Source: an uncultured Pseudomonadota bacterium
Lineage (GTDB): Bacteria; Oederibacteriota; Muellerivitia; Muellerivitales; Muellerivitaceae
Direction: 5' to 3'
Assembly (NCBI GenBank): GCA_963843375.1
Contig: CAWJKT010000011.1
Coordinates: 320,001 to 384,000 of the forward strand
Length of the DNA stretch: 64,000 nt
The stretch's first letter is position 1. Each line of letters begins with the position of its first letter. Below are positions 10,242-20,301 of this stretch, piece by piece. The translations under genes and the position numbers were made by a program. The notes under the pieces are model-generated. The model had not been told where the DNA came from. It was given only the letters and a program-made list of their open reading frames with translations, and did no database searches.

Positions 10242-11018
10242 ATGAAATCCCAAAAAAAGCTCCTTTCCAACCTGCTCCTTTTCATGGGATTTTTATTTTG
10301 TTATCCCTCGTTCCTCCAAGCCCAAACCGGTTCCCCATCCGCGGCGTTGGACCGAGGAGTAAAAGCCTTCAAGGCCGGGAATTACGCCCAGGCCCTGAAG
10401 TGGTATCAAACGGCCGCTGCCCAGGGAAGTGCGCAGGGAGAATTCAATATCGGCGTCCTCTATACCTATGGAAGTAGCGTGACCCAAGATTATCCGGAGG
10501 CCCTGAAGTGGTTTCAAAAGGCCGCCACCCAAGGGGATCCGGGCGCTGAAACCAGTATCGGTGTCTTCTGCGCCAATGGAAACGGAGTGCCTCAAGATTA
10601 TTCGAAAGCCATGAAGTGGTATCAAAAAGCCGCTGCCCAGGGGAACGCCCACGCCGAATTCAATATCGGCGTCCTCTATGAAAATGGTCGTGGCGTTCCC
10701 CAAGATTATTCAAAAGCCCTGGGGTGGTATCAAAAGGCTGCCGCTCATGGAAGCGCGCAGGCTGAATTCAATTTGGGTGTCCTCTACGCCAACGGAAACG
10801 GAGCGCCCCAGGATTATCAGCAAGCCGTGGCGCTCTTTCAAAAATCGGCCTCCCAGGGGAACGCCCAGGCCGAGCTTGATATTGGGGTTCTGTATGATCA
10901 TGGGCTTGGAGTGCCGCGAAACGAACAGGAAGCCTTGAAGTGGTACCGGCAAGCCTTGAAAGATGGATATGCTCCCGCCAAGGAGGCCATCGATGATCTC
11001 AAAAAACGAATGATGTAA
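10242..11018 (+). CDS. Secreted Sel1-repeat protein
   Basis: Signal peptide; 36-aa repeats A.AEFNIGVLY.NG.GVPQDY.KA..WYQKAA. Confidence 0.95.
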   Translation: MKSQKKLLSNLLLFMGFLFCYPSFLQAQTGSPSAALDRGVKAFKAGNYAQALKWYQTAAAQGSAQGEFNIGVLYTYGSSVTQDYPEALKWFQKAATQGDPGAETSIGVFCANGNGVPQDYSKAMKWYQKAAAQGNAHAEFNIGVLYENGRGVPQDYSKALGWYQKAAAHGSAQAEFNLGVLYANGNGAPQDYQQAVALFQKSASQGNAQAELDIGVLYDHGLGVPRNEQEALKWYRQALKDGYAPAKEAIDDLKKRMM

Positions 11019-11214
11019 AGACACGCTTGAAATTCCAGATACGACAAGCCAGACAACAAGCTGGCTCTTACTCCCGAAGACAGATGCGTGACCTTGAATG
11101 GGCAAACCCGTAAACCTTTTCGTTTGGTTGTAAGGGTGGTAAATTAATTTCCTACTCGATGTTTGGACCAAGAATGCGGGGATGAGTTTTCAGAGAATTT
11201 AAGAGGGACGGGCC

Positions 11215-11673
11215 ATGAAAAAAATAACCTGGAGGCATTTCAGGGCGATTCTTATTTTAACCGGGCTTTTGGTTTGGAACACCCCCGCCCTTCGCGCCCA
11301 AAACGATAATGGCCCCATCACTTGGAGGCCGCCCGCCGAGGGCTTGGCCGAAGCCCTGCGAATCCGCAAGCCCATCCTGTACGACTTGACGGCCGCTTGG
11401 TGCGGTTACTGCCATTTAATGGAACAGCAGGTATTTGAGGACCCGAAATGTGCCACCCGCATCAACCATCTTTTTGTTCCGGTGAGGGTCATGGACCGAA
11501 GTCAGGAAACCGGGTCGAATTGGAAGGAGGTTCAGGATTTGGAAAACAAGTACCAACTCAAGGGCTTTCCCACCCTGGTGGTTCAGTACCCGGGAGAAAG
11601 AAGTTTCAAGAAGTTCGCGGGCTATGGGGGAAAGGCCAGAATTATGAAATTCCTGAATCAGGCCGTCCATTAG
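11215..11673 (+). CDS. Secreted thioredoxin-fold protein
   Basis: AAWCGYC motif, GFPT cis-Pro, signal peptide. Confidence 0.85.
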   Translation: MKKITWRHFRAILILTGLLVWNTPALRAQNDNGPITWRPPAEGLAEALRIRKPILYDLTAAWCGYCHLMEQQVFEDPKCATRINHLFVPVRVMDRSQETGSNWKEVQDLENKYQLKGFPTLVVQYPGERSFKKFAGYGGKARIMKFLNQAVH

Positions 11674-11728
11674 GAAAATTAAGATGAAAGCCTGGTCCGG
11701 TGATTTCCTTGGGAACCCGTATTTAACT

Positions 11729-13501
11729 TCAGACTAAAGCCTTCATGGACCAATTGAATTTCTTTTTCGCTTCCGTCATGCACTGGTCGAACACCGCCCG
11801 GGTGCGCAGGAAGCCGTAACGTTCATCTTCAGTTTTAGCAGCGTAGGGCTCCCTTTCCACCACGGCGGCGATAAGAAACCGGGCCTTTGCCGAGGCCAGT
11901 TTGGCCAGCCAGTCGACATATTCATTTTCCACGGCCAGATTTCTGCCGAAGCGGCCCGCGAATTCTATCAAGTGCTCGTCATTCAGGATGGCCTGGCAGA
12001 GCAGGGCCCATAGCAGGTTGCGGGCCCGGCGCATATAGGAGTATTTCTTTTCGCCCTTTTCCATGATTTCCCGGATCAGCCGGGTCAGTCGGTAATGGAC
12101 CTTGTAGCAAAGGATGATCTTCTTGGAGTCGGCTTGGAGCCGCTCCGCGCTGAAAACCTTTCCATAGTCCTTCGCCTCTTCGAAAACCTCCCGGAGGCGG
12201 GACATTTTGTCCAGTTCGCCGTCGGAGGCCTGGAAGGTCTGGGCCAGCTTCAGCATCTCGACCGCCTTTCCTTCCTTGATTTCCATTTCCTCTAAGTCTT
12301 CGGGGGAGAGATTGGAGAAGGCTTTTTCCTGTCGCTCGTAATAAAGGCCAAGATCCTCCCGCAGTTTGTCTTGAAGTTCCAGTTGGATCATGTCGTTGGC
12401 GTGCAGGTTCCAGGGCTTGACAGGGTTTTGCCGGTTGTTGTTAATGGCTACCTCCAGCACGAATTCGTTGCGGGCATCCGTGATGATCTTGCACATGACC
12501 CAGAGTTCCCTTAAGGATCCCTCGCGCTCTTTCAGCGCCGGGTTACCGGCGTAATTGGTCAGGAAGCGGTCGAGGGTGGTGATTGTTTGGGCGCCGTTCA
12601 AAAGGCGTGGCTCTGTGAGGAGGAAACGACCCTTTTCCCGGTCGATCTTCTCAGCGAAAAGCGTGACGCCGTTGTGGTGGAAGGCGAAAACCGCCGGATC
12701 AGATTCCCCCTGGATCACCAAGCGTTCCAGGGCTTCGTAAAGGGATCGGTTGGTGGCGGCATCCTCCGAAAGGCTGGCCCGGATGTTTCGCTCGAAAAAT
12801 CGGTAGTTCATTTCCTTGAACATGGCGTGAAGGTCCATCAGGGGGACGAAGCCCATCCCCATGATCTCGCCAGAGGGGCCGCTGCGTTCCAGGGTTTCGG
12901 CCACATGGACGGGATAACGGTGGGTAACCCGCTGGTGGGCGATGGCCCCCACCTTTTGGGATTGGGCCGAGAGGAACTGGAAGACCATGGTGACGGGGCG
13001 GCCGAAGAATTGGTCGATCAGAAATTTCCGGCTTTCCAAGTCTTCCCGCAGTTTCTCGTAGACCATGCTGTGCTCGGCCTCCTGGGGATCGCCGTTGAAG
13101 ACCAAGTGGATAAATACCCGATCGATGGCACCTTGGTAGTGAAGCATCTGGCTTTTCAACTGCAGGAGAAATTGATCCTCCTGGATGCCGGGAGGGGCCT
13201 GCCCGAAAACCCTGTCCATGCCGACATCTACCAGGCGTTGGAAGGGGACGCGAAACAAGATTTGAGCCTTGGACCAGCGGAACTGGAATAGATAGAGGTT
13301 CTTCAACTGGGGGTCAACGTGGAAGGCGTCCAGGCCAAATTCACTTTTGCCCCAGGCGATCTGTTGGAGGGCTTGTTCCTTGGGAACCTTGTATTCTCGC
13401 TCCAAATAGAGAAGCGCGAAAACATTATCGGGAACGATGCCGGGAGTTTCCTGCAAGGAAAGAAGGGTATTATCCAATTCGGGTTGGTTGATGGTAACCA
13501 T
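11729..13501 (-). CDS. AIPR family protein
   Basis: FFERNIRASL, FAFHHNGVT, LLNGAQT, NNNRQNPVK. Confidence 0.85.
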   Translation of the reverse strand: MVTINQPELDNTLLSLQETPGIVPDNVFALLYLEREYKVPKEQALQQIAWGKSEFGLDAFHVDPQLKNLYLFQFRWSKAQILFRVPFQRLVDVGMDRVFGQAPPGIQEDQFLLQLKSQMLHYQGAIDRVFIHLVFNGDPQEAEHSMVYEKLREDLESRKFLIDQFFGRPVTMVFQFLSAQSQKVGAIAHQRVTHRYPVHVAETLERSGPSGEIMGMGFVPLMDLHAMFKEMNYRFFERNIRASLSEDAATNRSLYEALERLVIQGESDPAVFAFHHNGVTLFAEKIDREKGRFLLTEPRLLNGAQTITTLDRFLTNYAGNPALKEREGSLRELWVMCKIITDARNEFVLEVAINNNRQNPVKPWNLHANDMIQLELQDKLREDLGLYYERQEKAFSNLSPEDLEEMEIKEGKAVEMLKLAQTFQASDGELDKMSRLREVFEEAKDYGKVFSAERLQADSKKIILCYKVHYRLTRLIREIMEKGEKKYSYMRRARNLLWALLCQAILNDEHLIEFAGRFGRNLAVENEYVDWLAKLASAKARFLIAAVVEREPYAAKTEDERYGFLRTRAVFDQCMTEAKKKFNWSMKALV

Positions 13502-13880
13502 CTCATCTCCTACTTATCCACATTATAACAGTGGAAGCTTAAAACTATCTAAAGAGAGAAAAAAGCCAATGCGCCCAGACCCTCTCCCTTGAGGTTTGCG
13601 ATTTCCTAAAGGGGTGTTTTAAAACTGGTCCTTTGAAATATTGCACAAAGTATTATTTCAATTCTAGGATGTTGGGTATGAAACTGTCCAAATTGGCTTT
13701 ATCCAACAGCCCTTTCAAATGGCCGGTCCTGATGATAACTGTTGCAGCTTTTACTTATATGACTTATTGGTTTATTTGTTATTCAATCAACTTGTTTTCA
13801 CACTTTTTTTAAAAACTCCGAAGGTTAAAAGCTCGTGGTTCGGGCAACTCCGGGCAAAGCCAATTGAGGGGAGGCTGAAA

Positions 13881-15118
13881 ATGGGAGAAGGCCAATACAG
13901 ATGCCCCACTTGTGCCAAACTCTTAACGCGGATACAGGGTTCGCAGGGGCTTTCTTGGACCTGCGAAAACTGTTCCCATTCGATGATCAGCCTTTCGGTC
14001 CTCAAAAAAACAACTGACTCTTCTTTTGTTAATCACCTCTACCAGGAAGCGAAAACGGCCCCCCCGGGGGAAGGGGGCGCCTGTCCTATTTGCACGAAAA
14101 CAATGGTGGCTTTATCGTGGGAAGACAATTCGCTTTCATTCCAAGTATGCGTGTTCTGCGAAATGATTTGGATGGGAATGGCGGAAAAAGCGGCCTTGCC
14201 TCCGGTCTAGGCCCCTGCCGTCACGAGGGGCCTTTCCGAGCTTCCGCCGAAAGCCGCCGAAATGATCGCGCGACTTGATGCCCGAACCTCAAAAGAAAGG
14301 GAGCAGTCCGTTCCTTCCGAATGGGACTGGCTATTTTGGCTGTTTGGACTGCCGACTAAACCCGGCGGGGAAGACTGGGCCCGGTTTCCGCAGATGACGG
14401 TCATGCTGATTGTGGCGACGGTCGTGTTGAGTATTATCTTTCCACTTTCGATTGACGGCCTCATCCTGACTGCTGGAGGAAATCCCTTTACCACTTGGGT
14501 CACTCGTTATGGCTGGTACAACATCCTTTATTTAATCAGCTTCCCATTGAGCAATTTGGTGATCAATTTATATTTTTCGATTTTCTTCGGGGCCAGCGTG
14601 GAAAACAAGGTGGGACCTTATCACTTGTTGACGCTCTTCCTGTTTCCCACGCTGGTGGGCTTGGTGTTCTCCCTTTCGACGGGTTTTCACATGCCGTCGC
14701 TCATCCAGGCCAGCGGGGGTGTGGCGGCCATTATGGTGTTTTTCGCTTTCGCCTTTCCCAAAAGAAAAATTTTTGGCGTTTCGGCAGTTGCCGGGCGGTT
14801 TACCTGGTGGCCTTTTGGTTGTTTTTTGAAATCGTTTTTACGGCGCTACCGATGATAGGCCGATTTGGAATCGGTTACGCGGGTCATTTAATCGGCGCCT
14901 TTTGCGGCTGGGCCTATTGGTTTTTCATGGCAAAAAATGGGGCCTGGGCTGGAACCAGGTTGATCCTTTGCTGGATGAATAAAAAGGGGACTGGCCCAAG
15001 CGTTATATTTTCGGTTTTTTTCAAGCAGGTTATTTTTATGACCAAAAAACCGATCCGTTATAACCCTGCGGAAGTCCGGCTAAAGAAGCTTAAGCGGCTT
15101 TTCAACCCGCCCGGTTGA
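13881..15118 (+). pseudogene. Zn-ribbon plus rhomboid intramembrane serine protease, interrupted by an in-frame TAG and a frameshift
   Basis: CPTC/CENC/CPIC/CVFC; TAG at 14208-14210 then same frame continues; FFGASVE.KVG, QASGG (Ser), AGHLIGA (His) in a shifted frame; 3' end uncertain. Confidence 0.65.
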
Positions 15119-15695
15119 GATTCTTCGGGACGGCTAGTAGGGTGAAGTTTTTCACTTTGCCCCAAACCTTCTTGAAGTTCACTAGCGGCATGGCGACCTC
15201 GCCCCGAACCGGGTCCAGCAGAACAATGGCATTCGTGCCTTCGTCATAACCCACCGCCAAAACATAATGGTTCTTGCCCGCTCCGTCGCCTTCGATCATG
15301 ACGATCAAAGGCCGCCTCAGATCCAAATGGCGGTAAAGCCCCGAAACTTTACGGTCCAATGTGCCCGAAAAGACCGCCACGAAATAGCCCTGTTCCTCCA
15401 AGACCTTCTTCAAAGTCGATCCGGGAATGCCCTCTTCTTGTTTCGCTTCCTTCTTTAACTGTGTTTCCTGCTGGGCTGTCAGGAGGACATTGTAATAGCG
15501 AGTCAGCATTTCCAAAGCCACTTCGCCACAAAGGTTGGGAGTGGTTTGGCGAACAACGGGAAGATCCAACAGAACGGCTTGGTCGGAAAGCGTCTTCATG
15601 CCGGAGTTGGTAGCGCAGCCCAGTGAAATTAAAACGAGAGCTAAGGACAAAGCGGCCCAGGTAAATTTTTTGCGAAGAAAAATCGTAAAGTTCAA
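15102..15695 (-). CDS. C39-like cysteine peptidase lipoprotein (PA2778-like)
   Basis: Lipobox ISLGC; VRQTTPNLCG (Q/C), NHYVLAVGYD (H), LLDP (D). Confidence 0.85.
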   Translation of the reverse strand: MNFTIFLRKKFTWAALSLALVLISLGCATNSGMKTLSDQAVLLDLPVVRQTTPNLCGEVALEMLTRYYNVLLTAQQETQLKKEAKQEEGIPGSTLKKVLEEQGYFVAVFSGTLDRKVSGLYRHLDLRRPLIVMIEGDGAGKNHYVLAVGYDEGTNAIVLLDPVRGEVAMPLVNFKKVWGKVKNFTLLAVPKNLNRAG

Positions 15696-15955
15696 AGTTT
15701 TCCACTTTCGTCCCTCGAGATCAATTTGAGAGGAGTCTTAAGTGTAACGGGGCGGAGGTTAAATAAAAAGAGCGCGAAATATTTTTTGAAAAACGAATCG
15801 ATCAAAATGATAGCGGTGAAAATAAAAACGTCGGTCGTATATGTATTTCCATCCAAAGCTCGTACAGTCAATGAAAGGCAGCAAGCCAAAGCGCGGGAGA
15901 TGCGGGTTAAAAACGCGCGGAGTAAAAGATTTTAGTTCAAGAGAAGGAGGACGCG

Positions 15956-16294
15956 ATGAAAAACATGATTGTTTTTATGGCGGCTTTTTGTTTTGGGTTG
16001 ATGGGTTTTTCGGAAAAAGTAATGGCGGGTCCCGTGCCGGTATCGGCGCAGGAAATTTCCCAATTGAACGCCTTGGCCGGTCACGACGCTCTTTTGCCCC
16101 TGAAGGCAGGAGGCTCTTTTCCCAACGCGCCGATCGCCTTAGAGGCGACAGAAGAATCTTCCCTGAGAAACCTGGAAGCGGGATCTCCCCACTTGAGTTC
16201 GTTAAAAGCCGGGGATGGAGCGGGACAGGTGCTGGTCTGGGTCATCGTGATCTGCGTTTGCGTGGTTTTATTACGGTTCGTGGGCATTCTTTAA
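15956..16294 (+). CDS. Small secreted protein with LKAG(G/D) motifs and hydrophobic tail (PA2779-like)
   Basis: RBS AGGAGG; signal peptide; LKAGG and LKAGD; C-terminal VLVWVIVICVCVVLL. Confidence 0.7.
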   Translation: MKNMIVFMAAFCFGLMGFSEKVMAGPVPVSAQEISQLNALAGHDALLPLKAGGSFPNAPIALEATEESSLRNLEAGSPHLSSLKAGDGAGQVLVWVIVICVCVVLLRFVGIL

Positions 16295-16445
16295 AAGGCT
16301 CGTCGCGTGAGAAAGGGACAATCCCATGCGAAAATTTTCCAATGAGAACCCCTTGCTCATTTTTATCCGGGCCAAAACAAGATTCTTGGAGGATGAGGCG
16401 GGTTGAAGGGCCGGACCCATATAACTGGTTGCCCGTGGAATGAAA

Positions 16446-17591
16446 TCAGTCGCCCTCGGATATCGAGGCATTATAAGCATTTCCCTGGGCATCGAACAGG
16501 TCGTAAGACCCGTCGTTTAAAGTCAGGATGATCTCCAGGGGCCTGCCGTTGTTAGCGTCGGAATACTCGATATTTTGGACGCCCGAAGCCAGGTAAATGG
16601 GGCCAAAGGCAGGCGGTTTCGTCAAATCGTACAAAAAGGCGTCGCCGTTGTCCTTCGTGATTTTGACCCTTCTCTTGCCGTCCAAGCTGTTAAATACCAT
16701 GTCACTGGGCATTTCGGAAGCGGCGACGATAATTTCATCGTCTGCGGAATTAACGGGAATGAAACCGTCGCCATCGTAACAATAAAGATCGCCCACGTGA
16801 TAGGGATCCTGCCACCACCAATAGTTATCGTTATAGAAACACCAGCGGTTAAAACGGGTGTCATACCACCACCAACGGCCGTCGTAATTGCGGGCCCAGA
16901 AATACTGGCCGCCCATGTACCAGCCGTACCATTGGTATCCCGAGTTGTCGATATAGTGGGTATAGTCGAAGCCGGTGACCCCGTGCCAATAAACATAGTC
17001 TTTTTGGGTTTCGAGGGAACTTTCCCGTGCGATGAGATCCAGAAATTCCGGGCGGGTCACAGCCTCCATCTGATTTCGAACGACACTGCTGTTGAAATCA
17101 AGGGGAGAAACCAAGGACGCCTTGATCGTTTCGCCTTTGGGGCCGGTCCTGGGATAAGAAATGGTGGAATGGGCACGGTCCGTGGAAACGATCTCCGAAC
17201 GATTGGTAATGATGCTGGGTTCGGTTCTCACGCCGATTTTGGACAACTGTTTTCGGATGTAACGCTGATGGGCGGCGGGAGGATGGACCAGAAAAGCATC
17301 CTGCCCTCCGGTGCCAAGAACATCCTCCAAAGGTTGAACTGCCAGGACTTTTTGATCTGGCATCTTTCCGTACTTGGGGTGGGGAACCAGTAACCAGTTC
17401 AAGAACAGTTTACTGTAAGACGGCTTTTTCCCGATCCGAAAGGGGCCGGGCTGGTCTGGATAATTCATGTAAATCACCAGGGGCTTGCGGGCGGACTCTT
17501 TTCCCTCTTTTTCACCCGGGTTTTGGGCGGCACAGAGGGACCATCCGAGAAAAAAAAACGGAATCCACGGTAAAGTTTTTATTTTTTTCAT
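16446..17591 (-). CDS. Secreted hypothetical protein with Trp/Tyr-rich domain
   Basis: Signal peptide; YQWYGWYMGGQYFWARNYDGRWWWYD..YWWWQDPY; overlaps DoxX stop. Confidence 0.7.
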   Translation of the reverse strand: MKKIKTLPWIPFFFLGWSLCAAQNPGEKEGKESARKPLVIYMNYPDQPGPFRIGKKPSYSKLFLNWLLVPHPKYGKMPDQKVLAVQPLEDVLGTGGQDAFLVHPPAAHQRYIRKQLSKIGVRTEPSIITNRSEIVSTDRAHSTISYPRTGPKGETIKASLVSPLDFNSSVVRNQMEAVTRPEFLDLIARESSLETQKDYVYWHGVTGFDYTHYIDNSGYQWYGWYMGGQYFWARNYDGRWWWYDTRFNRWCFYNDNYWWWQDPYHVGDLYCYDGDGFIPVNSADDEIIVAASEMPSDMVFNSLDGKRRVKITKDNGDAFLYDLTKPPAFGPIYLASGVQNIEYSDANNGRPLEIILTLNDGSYDLFDAQGNAYNASISEGD

Positions 17592-17974
17592 GTCATGCTC
17601 AAGGGGCCGGAACCGAAATAGGCGATCAAAAGAGCCGCCCCCAAAAGGGCCAGATTCTTTTCAAAATTCGCCATTTCAGTCATTTTCGTGTGGGGGTCTT
17701 TTTGGGTCCAAAAATTGTGGATGGTGAAGGTCACCGGAACCAAAAAGAGGACGATCAACCAGGCACCGAACCGGGAGTGAAATCCAAAGACGATCAAGAC
17801 TCCTCCAATGAGTTCCATCAGGCCCGACGCCATGACCAGCCATTCGGGCACCGGAAGGCCTTTCGATTTAACGTAAGAGGCGAGTAACTTCTTTTGAAAA
17901 GTGATGTGTCCGAACCCGCTCGTGATGAAAAGAAAACCGAAAAAAACCCGTCCCAACAATACGACGAAATCCAT
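17588..17974 (-). CDS. DoxX family membrane protein
   Basis: LLGRV..F..SG, ELIGG, HNFW, FEKNLALLGA, GSGPLS. Confidence 0.9.
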   Translation of the reverse strand: MDFVVLLGRVFFGFLFITSGFGHITFQKKLLASYVKSKGLPVPEWLVMASGLMELIGGVLIVFGFHSRFGAWLIVLFLVPVTFTIHNFWTQKDPHTKMTEMANFEKNLALLGAALLIAYFGSGPLSMT

Positions 17975-18013
17975 ATTACCCCCTTGTTTTGTCTCTCGTA
18001 ACCCGGTGAATAC

Positions 18014-18166
18014 TTAACTCTTCATTTTTCTTTTGGCCGCCGCGTAGGCGATCGCGATGATCTGGTCGCGCCCGCGTTTTTGACCCATGGGCTTAGAATC
18101 GTTGGCGTGGTACAACTCGGCAATGTTGGCTTGAACCGCCTTTTTCCCGCCCTTTTTCAGCGGCAA
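18014..18166 (-). CDS. 50-aa basic protein (DUF6496-like), absent from the ORF track
   Basis: GAGG RBS then TTG; MPLKKGGKKAVQANIAELYHANDSKPMGQKRGRDQIIAIAYAAAKRKMKS; overlaps SOD stop. Confidence 0.7.
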   Translation of the reverse strand: MPLKKGGKKAVQANIAELYHANDSKPMGQKRGRDQIIAIAYAAAKRKMKS

Positions 18167-18774
18167 TTTAAAACCTCGGGGATGAACTTCCCTTCAAAAT
18201 TCATTTCCGCGAAATGCCAGTTAAGGACCTTCCAGAAAGCATCAACGTATTTGGCTCGGGCGTTGCGGTAATCGATGTAGTAGGCGTGCTCCCAGACGTC
18301 GCAGGTGAAAAGAGGTTTGTGGGCGCCGGTCAAAGGAGTGGAGGCGTTCGTGGTAATCTCGATTACCAGTTTTTTGTTGGCTGGGTTCAGCGAAAGCCAG
18401 GCCCAGCCGGAGCCGAATTCACCAAGAGCGGCCTCGTTGAATTTTTTCTCGAATTCGACGCGGGATCCGAAGCTTTTGTTGATGGCCTGGGCCAAGGGTC
18501 CCGAGGGAGACTGGTTTTTCTCGGGAGAAACGCTGTTCCAGTAAAAAGTATGGTTCCAATGCTGAGCCGCGTTGTTGAAAAGGGGTCCGGTGGCCTTTTT
18601 CACCAGGGCCTCCAGTTCCAAACCCTCGTTTTTGGTGCCCGCCACTAGCTTATTCAGGTTGTCCACGTAACCCTGGTGGTGCTTCCCGTAGTGATACTCA
18701 AAAGTCTCGGCGCTGATGTGCGGCGCCAAGGCATCCTTGGCGTAAGGCAATGGGGGCAACTCGAACTTTGACAT
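18157..18774 (-). CDS. sodB: Superoxide dismutase, Fe-type signature
   Basis: HYGKHH, NNAAQHWNH, FGSGWAWL, NA at the Fe/Mn discriminating site, DVWEHAYY. Confidence 0.93.
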   Translation of the reverse strand: MSKFELPPLPYAKDALAPHISAETFEYHYGKHHQGYVDNLNKLVAGTKNEGLELEALVKKATGPLFNNAAQHWNHTFYWNSVSPEKNQSPSGPLAQAINKSFGSRVEFEKKFNEAALGEFGSGWAWLSLNPANKKLVIEITTNASTPLTGAHKPLFTCDVWEHAYYIDYRNARAKYVDAFWKVLNWHFAEMNFEGKFIPEVLNCR

Positions 18775-18805
18775 GAAGTCTCCTTTGAATGACGTTGTTA
18801 AATTT

Positions 18806-19015
18806 TTACTGCAGATTTTCCTTCACCGCTTTTTCCGCTTCGAACCAATCGTTCAACTGATAATCCGAATTGGAATCACGCCCGCGGTTCAACCCGATGA
18901 AATAAGCGGCTTCTTCGATCTGTTGTTGCGTCTCATCCTCATCTTCGGCGGCCAGTTTGGGTGCCTTCTCTTCGATGGGGATTTGTTCTGCCGGATTGGT
19001 TTTATGCCTGCTCAT
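18806..19015 (-). CDS. DUF2934 domain small protein
   Basis: QIEEAAYFIGLNRG..DWFEAE; RBS AAGGA. Confidence 0.8.
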   Translation of the reverse strand: MSRHKTNPAEQIPIEEKAPKLAAEDEDETQQQIEEAAYFIGLNRGRDSNSDYQLNDWFEAEKAVKENLQ

Positions 19016-19074
19016 GTCCACATCCTTAACCTTGATTTTGGTCCAAGCGGGCTTGGATCACCCTTTAACAGAAG

Positions 19075-19088
19075 GCAAGAAACAAGCC
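19075..19088 (-). promoter_or_regulatory. sigma54 -24/-12 promoter for DUF2934-sodB-DUF6496-doxX
   Basis: Minus strand GGCTTGTTTCTTGC (GG-N10-GC). Confidence 0.8.
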
Positions 19089-19141
19089 GCATATCTCTAC
19101 CTGAAAAAACATTAAATCCTTTTAAAATTTTCGGCATATCT

Positions 19142-19174
19142 ATCAAAACGATAGTTCTTAATTCCCGTTTTGAT
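19142..19174. promoter_or_regulatory. Paired-box putative enhancer (UAS)
   Basis: ATCAAAACG-N15-CGTTTTGAT, perfect inverted repeat. Confidence 0.75.
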
Positions 19175-19365
19175 TTTCCTAAATCGATTTTTGGGCGGTT
19201 CCGGCGCGGTTCAAAAAATGAAAATAAAAATCCTCTGGGGTTGGATTTCAAAAGGATTCGGAGGGTAAGATGCAGAATCGAACAAATTCGGCCAAGGAAT
19301 CATCCTGAGAAATAAGAAAAGGGAAAAAGGCCTTTTCGCCCTTATTCCCCCCGGCACACCACCCA

Positions 19366-20301
19366 ATGAATGAAGCTCTCGATTCCGTTTTTCATTCCGA
19401 GTCGGTCCAGGCGGCGGCAATTTCCAATCTGTTCATCCTGGTTCTGATAGTCTGCGCGGTTATCCTTTTAATCGTCACCGCGATGGTGGGTTCCAGCCTG
19501 ATCCGCTTCCGGCATAAGCCGGGATATCCAAACCCCCAGCCCCGACATGGAAATTGGAAACTGGAAACCACTTGGACGGTTCTGCCGTTTCTTCTGCTCC
19601 TCTGGCTTCTCACCCTCACCGCCAAGGGTATGAAAGAGTCCGATCCTTTTTCAGACCAGAAACCCGATCTTTTCATCGTCAGCCACCAATGGTGGTGGGA
19701 GGCGCGGTATCCCCGAAGAGGAGTGGTGACGGCTAATGAGATCCATATCCCAGTCGGGGTCCGGTGGCTGGTCGATCTGGAATCAGCAGATGTCATCCAC
19801 GATTTTTGGGTGCCCCGGTTGGCGCCTAAAATGGACGTTGTGCCGGGCCATCCGAACCGCCTCTGGCTGGAAGCGGACATGCCGGGTAGTTACCTAGGTA
19901 CCTGTTCGGAATTTTGCGGGGCCCAGCACGCCCAAATGCACTTTCTGGTCATCGCCCAGAGCGCTCCCGAATTTGAGGCTTGGCAGGAGATGCAGGTAAA
20001 GCCGGCCTCCCCCAAGCTGGCCGAACCGGCCCAGGAAGGTTCGCGAATCTTCCAGCAAATGACCTGCGTCAACTGCCACACCATCAACGGCACCCAAGCG
20101 AAGGGCCAAACAGCTCCCGACCTTACCCACTTCGGGAGCCGACAAACCTTAGGCGCGGTACTTCTCCCGAACACACCCGAAAACCTTTCGCGGTGGCTTA
20201 AGAATCCACAGGAAGTAAAACCCGCCGTACTGATGCCCGACTTGAAGCTTACTGACGTCCAAGTCAGCGGCTTGACGGCCTATTTGGAGGCGCTCCAATG
20301 A
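19366..20301 (+). CDS. coxB: Cytochrome c oxidase subunit II with fused cytochrome c (caa3-type)
   Basis: [15 protein letters not shown], CuA motif [17 protein letters not shown] heme motif. Confidence 0.95.
   Translation: MNEALDSVFHSESVQAAAISNLFILVLIVCAVILLIVTAMVGSSLIRFRHKPGYPNPQPRHGNWKLETTWTVLPFLLLLWLLTLTAKGMKESDPFSDQKPDLFIVSHQWWWEARYPRRGVVTANEIHIPVGVRWLVDLESADVIHDFWVPRLAPKMDVVPGHPNRLWLEADMPGSYLGTCSEFCGAQHAQMHFLVIAQSAPEFEAWQEMQVKPASPKLAEPAQEGSRIFQQMTCVNCHTINGTQAKGQTAPDLTHFGSRQTLGAVLLPNTPENLSRWLKNPQEVKPAVLMPDLKLTDVQVSGLTAYLEALQ

Noticed and set aside
10380..10960. DNA repeats in the Sel1 gene
   Set aside because: Ordinary 108-bp Sel1 coding periodicity.
11095..11160. c-di-GMP-I riboswitch (GGCAAACC)
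   Set aside because: The GAAA-loop stem and following GACGCAAAG-type elements are absent.
15801..15811. Enhancer box ATCAAAATGAT between the C39 peptidase and its partner
   Set aside because: Single box with no partner at 20-30 bp and no GG-N10-GC found nearby; not counted in the regulon, though it could be a remnant.
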